The notes beneath the pieces were generated by a model. It worked only from the letters and a program-made list of their open reading frames with translations. It was not told the origin of the DNA and ran no database searches. A stretch of DNA of 9,695 nucleotides from a virus (Duplodnaviria > Heunggongvirae > Uroviricota > Caudoviricetes): IMG/VR virus record IMGVR_UViG_2529292907_000010; one strand, 5' to 3'. The position numbers and the translations under genes were made by a program. This document shows positions 1 through 5,795 of the stretch, piece by piece (positions within the stretch are counted from its first letter, which is position 1; each line of letters opens with the position of its first letter).

Positions 1-142
1 GTCGAACTTGAGCTGAAGGATCTTAAAACAGGTCTCCATAGTGCTCCTGGATTTTCTCTTTCTGGACATTGACGTCTCCACTGGTTTAAACACGGCAATG
101 GAGACTGTGGTGAAAAGAGTTAATTCCCGGAGTGACTGGCAG

Positions 143-270
143 GATGCCAATCAATGATCGGAAGCATGCTAAATCGTGATCGATTGTGATGCCAAACTGT
201 GATCGGAGATGAATGCCAAATCATGATCGATTCGAATGCCAAACTGCGATCGATTCAGATGCCATTTTGC
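143..270. repeat. Tandem direct repeat array, about 5.5 copies of a ~23-bp unit (consensus roughly GAATGCCAAAYYR-TGATCGATTC), each copy carrying a GATC site
   Basis: Read directly from sequence: GATC at 156-159, 178-181, 201-204, 225-228 and 248-251 (spacing 22-24 bp), each preceded by a GATGCCAA/GAATGCCAAA block. A sixth GATC lies at 325-328. The array sits about 200 bp upstream of the endolysin start. Confidence 0.8.
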
Positions 271-465
271 ACTCTGATTTTACCCGCTCATTTATGGCTT
301 GCAGGCATAAATCATAATTATGTTGATCGTTATGCATGGTTAATCCTCTACTGAAATTGTCAGATATATTTCAGCCATCAGGAAAAACGCCAGTGTCCTA
401 CCGCTGGCGGGCTGAAGATTTAACATATCCAGGGATTCGGAACCGATAAATCCTGATAAATATCC

Positions 466-999
466 ATGAACACCAAAATCAAATATGGCCTGTCGGCTGC
501 CGTTCTGGCGTTGATTGCCATCGGTGCGCCTGCGCCTGATATTCTCGACCAGTTTCTGGATGAAAAAGAAGGTAACCACACAACGGCATACCGTGATGGT
601 GCGGGTATCTGGACCATCTGCCGCGGTGCCACAATGGTGGATGGTAAACCTGTTATTCCGGGCATGAAACTGTCGAAGGAAAAATGCGACCAGGTTAATG
701 CCATTGAACGGGATAAGGCGCTGGCATGGGTGGAGCGCAATATTAAAGTTCCACTGACCGAACCACAGAAAGCGGGTATAGCGTCATTCTGTCCCTATAA
801 CATTGGCCCCGGTAAGTGTTTCCCGTCGACGTTTTATAAGCGGCTGAATGCTGGTGACCGCAGGGGAGCGTGTGAGGCGATTCGCTGGTGGATTAAGGAC
901 GGTGGCAGAGACTGCCGTATCCGCTCAAATAACTGTTATGGTCAGGTATCCCGTCGTGACCAGGAGAGCGCGCTGGCGTGCTGGGGAATCGACAGATAA
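466..999 (+). CDS. R: Phage endolysin, T4-lysozyme-like (glycoside hydrolase family 24), with an N-terminal signal-anchor-release (SAR) type hydrophobic segment
   Basis: 177-aa ORF. N-terminus GLSAAVLALIAIGAPAP is a Gly/Ala-rich weakly hydrophobic segment typical of SAR endolysins. Catalytic triad spacing E-x8-D-x5-T is present in EGNHTTAYRDGAGIWT. From memory it closely resembles the R endolysin of Stx/lambdoid prophages. An in-frame stop lies at 457-459, so 466 is the first possible start; no obvious Shine-Dalgarno. Confidence 0.93.
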   Translation: MNTKIKYGLSAAVLALIAIGAPAPDILDQFLDEKEGNHTTAYRDGAGIWTICRGATMVDGKPVIPGMKLSKEKCDQVNAIERDKALAWVERNIKVPLTEPQKAGIASFCPYNIGPGKCFPSTFYKRLNAGDRRGACEAIRWWIKDGGRDCRIRSNNCYGQVSRRDQESALACWGIDR

Positions 1000-1093
1000 G
1001 CAGAATATTTTGCTGAAAAATAAGGTATGGCCACGCGGGCGGATAACACGAAATCCTGCGAACTGGCGAAACGTAAGTGAATAAAAGTAAAAA

Positions 1094-1128
1094 CCCCGTT
1101 TGTTGGCACCAAGCGGGGTTTTGTGTTT
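1094..1128 (+). terminator. Rho-independent terminator-like hairpin (9-bp stem with one G-U pair, 7-nt loop, then T-rich tract)
   Basis: CCCCGTTTG (1094-1102), loop TTGGCAC (1103-1109), CAAGCGGGG (1110-1118), followed by TTTTGTGTTT. Lies between the endolysin stop and the next small ORF. Confidence 0.5.
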
Positions 1129-1155
1129 CTGACCTTGAGTAAGGCAAGGGAGAAC

Positions 1156-1338
1156 ATGGCGAAGTATAAACGAATTCTGTTGAGGTTGACTATGAAAAAT
1201 GGCCTTGAACTGAAAGCGCCTGTAACTGATGACATCAGCAGAGCACTGGCTTTTGCCATTAAGTGGGTGGCGGTCGGTGTTGCTGTGTCCCCGATGCTGT
1301 ATGGGCTGGCAAAACTGGTCATTGCGTTGAAATCGTGA
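1156..1338 (+). CDS. Small hypothetical protein (60 aa) with hydrophobic C-terminal half; candidate lysis-associated membrane protein
   Basis: ATG at 1156 preceded by purine-rich AAGGCAAGGGAGA. Product [60 protein letters not shown] has a basic N-terminus and a ~30-residue hydrophobic C-terminus. Same strand and tightly packed between R and Rz. The track's longer 1123 start is a GTG inside the terminator T-tract and is less likely. Confidence 0.45.
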   Translation: MAKYKRILLRLTMKNGLELKAPVTDDISRALAFAIKWVAVGVAVSPMLYGLAKLVIALKS

Positions 1339-1352
1339 AGGGAGGATTAAGC

Positions 1353-1484
1353 ATGTCAGACAAACTCATAACGCTGGCGAAGATCCTCTGTGTAATTGTC
1401 GGCATTTCATTTTCACTAATGCTGGTTGCTCTTTTTCTTTCCATGGCCTGGATGATGTTGTCTTCGTCGGGGTTGCTGGGGTGA
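1353..1484 (+). CDS. Small hydrophobic membrane peptide (43 aa), translationally coupled to Rz; candidate holin/antiholin-like or other lysis regulator
   Basis: Strong Shine-Dalgarno AAGGGAGGA (1338-1346) 6 nt before ATG 1353. Product [43 protein letters not shown] is almost entirely hydrophobic. Its TGA stop (1482-1484) overlaps the GTG start of Rz (1481) as GTGA. Confidence 0.45.
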   Translation: MSDKLITLAKILCVIVGISFSLMLVALFLSMAWMMLSSSGLLG

Positions 1485-1954
1485 ACATAAACCGAATGCT
1501 TTCCGCGTTTATCGTTATTCTGCTGGTGGCCTGTGGTGCGCTGTGGATGGCAACAGACCATTACCGTGATAACGCGATTACCTACAAAGCGCAGCGCGAT
1601 AACAAAGCCAGTGAACTGAAGCTGGCGAACGCAACCATTACTGATATGCAGGTGCGCCAGCGCGATGTTGCTGCGCTCGATGCAAAATACTCGAGGGAAT
1701 TATCCGATGCGAGAGCTGAAAATGAAACTCTGCGCGCTGATGTTGCCGCTGGTCGTAAGCGCCTGCGGATCAACGCCACCTGTCCAGGCTCCGTGCGTGA
1801 AGCCCCCACCACCTCCGGCGTGGATAATGCAACCGGCCCCCAACTGGCAGACACCGTTACACGGGATTATTTCACCCTCAGAGAGCGGCTGATGACGATG
1901 CACAAGCAACTGGAAGGGGCACAGGACTATATCCGCACTCAGTGCCTGAAATAA
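1481..1954 (+). CDS. Rz: Rz i-spanin (inner-membrane spanin subunit)
   Basis: N-terminal TM segment followed by [14 protein letters not shown]...[25 protein letters not shown]...[23 protein letters not shown], which matches my memory of lambda Rz closely. Start is either GTG 1481 (overlapping the upstream stop) or ATG 1496. Confidence 0.9.
   Translation: MNINRMLSAFIVILLVACGALWMATDHYRDNAITYKAQRDNKASELKLANATITDMQVRQRDVAALDAKYSRELSDARAENETLRADVAAGRKRLRINATCPGSVREAPTTSGVDNATGPQLADTVTRDYFTLRERLMTMHKQLEGAQDYIRTQCLK
1707..1892 (+). CDS. Rz1: Rz1 o-spanin (outer-membrane lipoprotein), fully nested in the +1 frame of Rz
   Basis: ATG 1707 with GAGG about 10 nt upstream. Product [61 protein letters not shown] has a lipoprotein signal with lipobox VSAC and a proline-rich mature region, as in lambda Rz1. 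Confidence 0.8.
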   Translation: MRELKMKLCALMLPLVVSACGSTPPVQAPCVKPPPPPAWIMQPAPNWQTPLHGIISPSESG

Positions 1955-2304
1955 GTTTTGTTGATGCGCCGTATCGTCGCTGTATTCCCTCATTAACAGA
2001 GACCGCAGCCCGACAGGGAGACTCCTCTGCGCGAGTGTGCGGGGATAATCAAAAACGATACACACCGGGGTTTACCGCGTTAACGGAGCGCGGCGTTGTC
2101 CCCTCATAGTCGCCTGTCCGGTGCGATGGTGGAAGAAGCCGGATGTTTATCACTATTAATTGATGACACAGAAATGGATTCATTGAATTTCAGCACGTTT
2201 TTGTATTCGTGTTATTGAACATCTGTTTATTTTACTTTTAACATATTGATAATAAAAAGAGCTGTAAATCTTTAGATGAGTCGATTTTGTCCGGGGAAGT
2301 TCAA

Positions 2305-2445
2305 ATGGATTTTATGCTGACGGTTTCTGGTGTGGTTATCCTGTCCATTGCTTATACTGCAGATAAATATGGCTGCCATTTGTTATCACGTATTGGCGCT
2401 TATTGTTCGTTGATGCTGATTTTCTCGTCGCTTTTTTTTGAGTAA
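2305..2445 (+). CDS. Hypothetical small hydrophobic peptide (46 aa) in an AT-rich island
   Basis: ATG 2305 with GGGGAAG 5 nt upstream. Product MDFMLTVSGVVILSIAYTADKYGCHLLSRIGAYCSLMLIFSSLFFE. Below the ORF-track size cutoff; surrounding DNA is very AT-rich. No homolog recognised. Confidence 0.3.
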   Translation: MDFMLTVSGVVILSIAYTADKYGCHLLSRIGAYCSLMLIFSSLFFE

Positions 2446-2577
2446 GTTATATTAATTATAACAAATAATTTTCTGTGTTATTTTTTCAGGCTATCCCGTC
2501 AGAGGGGAAGCCTGTACTGCCGGGGAGCGAATGGAAAACTGATGTGTCCGGTAACTGCGTGTTCTGTGAACACCATG

Positions 2578-2763
2578 TTACTTAATTATGTAATTCATAC
2601 CCGAACTCTCTGTTGACAGCCTTCTTCTGCAGGCTTCAATAACCCACGCTGAAAAGTTTCCTGAACCTTTCAGATCAAGAGCGATGTTAATTTGTTCAAT
2701 CATCTGGTTTGGAAATCGGATGTTGCGGGTTGTTGTTCTGCGGGTTCTGTTCTTTGATGACAT
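2578..2763 (-). CDS. Arc/MetJ-like ribbon-helix-helix (RHH) DNA-binding protein, 61 aa
   Basis: Segment NIRFPNQMIEQINIALDLKGSGNFSAWVIEACRRRL follows the RHH pattern (beta-strand N-x-R-[FW]-P, helix A, Gly-containing turn, helix B) and aligns by eye with P22 Arc (NLRWPREVLDLVRKVAEENGRSVNSEIYQRVMESF). Inverted repeats lie upstream of its start on the minus strand. Confidence 0.55.
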   Translation of the reverse strand: MSSKNRTRRTTTRNIRFPNQMIEQINIALDLKGSGNFSAWVIEACRRRLSTESSGMNYIIK

Positions 2764-2818
2764 AATGTTTCCCCATATTCAGTGTTGCTGATTTGTATTA
2801 TCTGAAGTTGCTTTTACG

Positions 2819-2841
2819 TTAATTTGATGCAGATCAATTAA
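2819..2841. promoter_or_regulatory. Imperfect inverted repeat TTAATTTGAT-gcag-ATCAATTAA, candidate operator for the adjacent RHH gene
   Basis: Arms of about 10 bp around a central GCAG, located 56-78 bp upstream of the RHH start codon (2763, minus strand). RHH repressors commonly autoregulate through such repeats. Confidence 0.3.
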
Positions 2842-2918
2842 TACGATACCTGCGTCATAATTGATTATTTCTCGTGGTTTGATGGCGTACACACATGTTG
2901 TGATAAACCTTATATAGA

Positions 2919-2933
2919 TGATAATCATTATCA
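2919..2933. promoter_or_regulatory. Perfect 7-1-7 palindrome TGATAAT-C-ATTATCA, identical to the core of the Fur-box consensus; function unproven
   Basis: TGATAATCATTATCA read at 2919-2933 matches the central 15 bp of GATAATGATAATCATTATC. A second ATAAT-tg-ATTAT palindrome is at 2857-2868. A plausible sigma70 promoter (-35 TTGTGA 2898-2903, 16-bp spacer, -10 GATAAT 2920-2925) overlaps it on the plus strand. It lies about 40 bp upstream of cosN and may instead be part of the conserved cos flank. Confidence 0.35.
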
Positions 2934-2970
2934 TTTTCGTGGGTCCTTTCCGGCGATCCGACCGGTTACG

Positions 2971-2982
2971 GGGCGGCGACCT
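2971..2982. other. cos: cos cohesive-end sequence (cosN core, GGGCGGCGACCT)
   Basis: GGTTACG|GGGCGGCGACCTCGCGG...TATTTATGAAAATTTT matches the junction of the lambda right and left genome ends as I remember them. Position immediately upstream of Nu1 is as in lambda. Confidence 0.85.
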
Positions 2983-3020
2983 CGCGGTTTTTCACTATTT
3001 ATGAAAATTTTTCAGGGAAA

Positions 3021-3131
3021 ATCGTGTCGGTACTTCTCGAATATAACTTTTTGTTTTTTTAATATTGCATCCGTAAAGGTCCGACATGAAAGTGTCCGAA
3101 AATGCCTTTTTCTGGCGTTTTCACGTCGGGC
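3021..3131. promoter_or_regulatory. cosB: cosB-like region: four copies of a GTCGG/CCGAC-containing element in alternating orientation, with an A/T-tract between them
   Basis: CGTGTCGGTA (3021-3030, +), GGTCCGACATG (3078-3088, inverted), GTGTCCGAA (3092-3100, inverted), CACGTCGGG (3122-3130, +). The layout between cosN and Nu1 resembles the lambda R3-I1-R2-R1 arrangement. Element boundaries are approximate. Confidence 0.4.
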
Positions 3132-3157
3132 CTTGTATTTGATAATGGGTTGTTTTC

Positions 3158-3706
3158 ATGAAGGTTAATAAAAAGAGGCTTGCCGAAATTTTCAACGTGG
3201 ACCCGCGGACGATTGAACGCTGGCAGTCTCAGGGACTCCCTTGCGCCTCCAAAGGTAGTAAGGGCATTGAATCTGTATTTGATACTGCCATGGCAATTCA
3301 GTGGTATGCGCAGAGGGAAACTGATATCGAAAACGAAAAGCTCCGCAAAGAACTGGACGATTTGCGTGCGGCAGCGGAGTCAGATTTACAACCCGGCACC
3401 ATTGACTATGAACGCTACAGGCTCACAAAAGCGCAGGCAGATGCGCAGGAACTGAAAAATGCCCGTGAAGACGGAGTAGTGCTGGAAACTGAACTGTTTA
3501 CCTTCATTCTGCAACGTGTGGCACAGGAGATTTCGGGGATACTTGTGCGTGTGCCGTTGACATTACAGCGTAAATATCCGGACATTTCACCATCACACCT
3601 TGATGTGGTGAAAACTGAAATCGCGAAAGCCTCCAATGTTGCAGCTAAGGCCGGTGAAAACGTGGGCGGGTGGATCGATGATTTCAGACGCGCAGAAGGC
3701 AGCTAA
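3158..3706 (+). CDS. Nu1: Terminase small subunit (gpNu1-like), N-terminal winged-HTH cosB-binding domain
   Basis: 182 aa. [28 protein letters not shown]...[49 protein letters not shown] is near-collinear with lambda Nu1 from memory. Confidence 0.95.
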
Positions 3707-5605
3707 TGCAGCCGGTGCGATAGCTACAGGGCTTTTATCTCTCATTATTCCTGTTCCACTGACGACAGTTCAGTGGGCCAATAAACATTATTACCTTCCT
3801 AAAGAGTCGTCTTATACCCCGGGGCGGTGGGAAACACTGCCGTTTCAGGTTGGCATCATGAACTGTATGGGCAACGATCTGATTCGCACGGTTAACCTGA
3901 TTAAATCTGCCCGTGTTGGTTATACAAAGATGTTGCTGGGAGTGGAGGCTTATTTTATTGAGCATAAATCACGCAACAGCCTTCTTTTTCAGCCCACGGA
4001 CTCAGCTGCTGAAGATTTTATGAAATCTCATGTTGAGCCAACGATAAGGGATGTTCCTGCATTGCTGGAGCTGGCTCCATGGTTCGGAAGAAAACACCGC
4101 GATAATACGCTCACCCTGAAGCGTTTTTCCTCCGGTGTGGGGTTCTGGTGTCTGGGTGGTGCGGCAGCAAAAAACTACCGTGAAAAATCCGTGGATGTGG
4201 TCTGTTATGACGAGCTTTCCTCGTTCGAACCGGATGTTGAAAAAGAGGGTTCGCCAACCCTGCTGGGGGATAAACGTATTGAGGGCTCTGTATGGCCAAA
4301 ATCCATTCGCGGCTCGACGCCTAAAATCAAAGGCTCCTGCCAGATCGAAAAAGCCGCTAACGAGTCGGCACACTTCATGCGTTTTTATGTGCCCTGTCCG
4401 CACTGTGGGGAGGAGCAGTATCTGAAATTTGGCGATGATGCCTCGCCTTTCGGTCTTAAGTGGGAGAAGAATAAGCCAGAAAGTGTTTTCTACCTTTGTG
4501 AGCATCATGGCTGTGTGATCCATCAGTCTGAGCTTGACCAGAGTAACGGGCGGTGGATCTGTGAAAACACGGGCATGTGGACCCGTGACGGCCTGATGTT
4601 TTTCAGCGCCCGGGGTGATGAAATTCCGCCGCCGCGCTCCATCACTTTCCATATCTGGACGGCGTACAGTCCGTTCACCACATGGGTACAGATTGTCTAT
4701 GACTGGCTGGATGCACTGAAAGATCCCAACGGCCTGAAAACCTTTGTGAACACCACGCTGGGCGAGACCTGGGAAGAGGCTGTGGGCGAAAAACTCGATC
4801 ACCAGGTACTGATGGATAAGGTTGTGCGTTACACGGCGGCGGTGCCTGCCCGGGTGGTTTATCTGACGGCGGGCATTGACTCGCAGCGAAACCGTTTTGA
4901 GATGTATGTCTGGGGATGGGCTCCGGGAGAGGAAGCCTTTCTGGTGGATAAAATCATCATTATGGGGCGTCCCGATGAGGAAGAGACGCTGTTACGTGTG
5001 GATGCGGCGATCAACAAAAAATACCGCCATGCAGACGGAACCGAAATGACTATTTCTCGTGTCTGCTGGGACATCGGGGGGATCGATGGCGAAATCGTTT
5101 ATCAGAGGTCAAAAAAACACGGTGTTTTCCGGGTGCTGCCGATAAAAGGCGCATCTGTCTATGGCAAGCCGGTGATCACCATGCCAAAAACCCGCAATCA
5201 GCGGGGCGTGTATCTGTGTGAAGTGGGGACGGACACCGCAAAGAAATTCTCTATGCCCGTATGAAAGCCGATCCCACGCCTGTGGATGAAGCCACGTCGT
5301 ATGCCATCCGTTTTCCTGATGATCCGGAGATTTTTTCGCAGACAGAGGCGCAGCAACTGGTCGCGGAAGAGCTTGTGGAGAAGTGGGAAAAAGGAAAGAT
5401 GCGTCTGCTGTGGGATAACAAAAAGCGGCGTAACGAAGCGCTGGACTGCCTGGTGTATGCCTACGCGGCATTACGTGTGTCCGTGCAACGCTGGCAGCTT
5501 GATCTGGCTGTACTGGCAAAATCCCGGGAAGAAGAGACGACCCGGCCAACCCTTAAAGAACTGGCAGCGAAGCTGTCCGGAGGAGTGAATGGTTACAGTC
5601 GCTGA
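3678..5605 (+). CDS. A: Terminase large subunit (gpA-like), interrupted by an apparent 1-nt frameshift near 5240-5245; possible pseudogene or sequencing error
   Basis: Frame 0 (3678-5264) matches lambda gpA from ...[12 protein letters not shown] through ...[13 protein letters not shown], then stops. The homology continues in the -1 frame ([17 protein letters not shown]...[25 protein letters not shown]... to stop at 5603-5605). The switch occurs in GCAAAGAAATTC; one missing base would restore a single ~641-aa ORF. Likely start ATG 3678, overlapping the Nu1 3' end as in lambda. Confidence 0.88.
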
Positions 5606-5795
5606 ACTGCAGGCGCTGCGTCAGGCGCGCCTTGATTTATTAACCGGTAAACGGGTGGTGTCTGTCCAGAAAGATGGTCGCAGAATTGAATATACGACGG
5701 CTTCTCTGGATGAGCTTAACCGGGCGATCAATGATGCGGAGTCGGTACTGGGGACAACCCGGCGTCGCCGTCGTCCGCTGGGAGTGAGGTTATGA
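5589..5795 (+). CDS. W: Head-tail joining / head completion protein (gpW-like)
   Basis: 68 aa; LLTGKRVVSVQKDGRRIEYTTASL matches lambda gpW ([24 protein letters not shown]). GGAGG upstream; its stop overlaps the portal start as ATGA. Confidence 0.92.
   Translation: MVTVAELQALRQARLDLLTGKRVVSVQKDGRRIEYTTASLDELNRAINDAESVLGTTRRRRRPLGVRL

Noticed and set aside
1-72. Open frame running from the window edge to a TGA at 70-72 (VELELKDLKTGLHSAPGFSLSGH*), possibly the 3' end of an upstream gene
   Set aside because: Only 23 codons with no recognisable motif; an open frame this short is not statistically meaningful, and it does not resemble a holin C-terminus.
143-270. Possibility that the tandem repeats are a CRISPR array
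   Set aside because: Units are contiguous 23-bp direct repeats with no unique spacers and no CRISPR-like repeat structure.
340-740. Minus-strand ORFs 340..579 and 420..740 overlapping the endolysin start
   Set aside because: Antisense to a strongly supported gene, no SD, and products that are low-complexity and arginine-rich.
848-1322. ORFs 848..1084 (+), 893..1147 (-) and 942..1322 (-) across the endolysin 3' end and intergenic region
   Set aside because: They overlap the endolysin in other frames or are antisense to the small ORFs, have no SD, and have non-protein-like composition.
1123-1338. Longer version of the 60-aa ORF starting at GTG 1123
   Set aside because: That start lies inside the terminator T-tract with no RBS; ATG 1156 is more plausible.
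1319-2065. Minus-strand ORFs 1319..1561, 1582..1854 and 1700..2065 antisense to Rz and the small ORFs
   Set aside because: Antisense to well-supported Rz/Rz1 with no independent support; typical spurious frames in GC-balanced coding DNA.
1955-2160. Possible tRNA or structured ncRNA in the GC-richer stretch after Rz
   Set aside because: I could not find T-loop or acceptor-stem patterns, or a convincing cloverleaf, by eye; only short hairpins.
2551-2565. Inverted repeat GTGTTC-tgt-GAACAC just downstream of the RHH stop as a terminator
   Set aside because: No adjacent U-tract on the minus strand, so it is not a canonical intrinsic terminator; it could be a protein-binding site but there is no supporting evidence.
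3001-3168. 55-codon plus-strand ORF spanning the cosN-cosB region (MKIFQGKSCRYFSNITFCFF...)
   Set aside because: It covers cohesive-end and binding-site DNA that is non-coding in lambda, has no SD, and its product is Cys/Phe-rich and low-complexity.
3180-5074. Alternative-frame and antisense ORFs within Nu1 and A (3180..3455 +, 3415..3636 -, 3735..3965 -, 4002..4802 -, 4111..4299 -, 4135..4425 +, 4859..5074 -)
   Set aside because: All lie within terminase genes that match lambda Nu1/A along their whole length; their products are Arg/Pro-rich with no motifs.
5225-5270. Programmed ribosomal frameshift in the large terminase
   Set aside because: No slippery heptamer or downstream structure, and no known precedent for large terminases; a mutation or sequencing error is more parsimonious.
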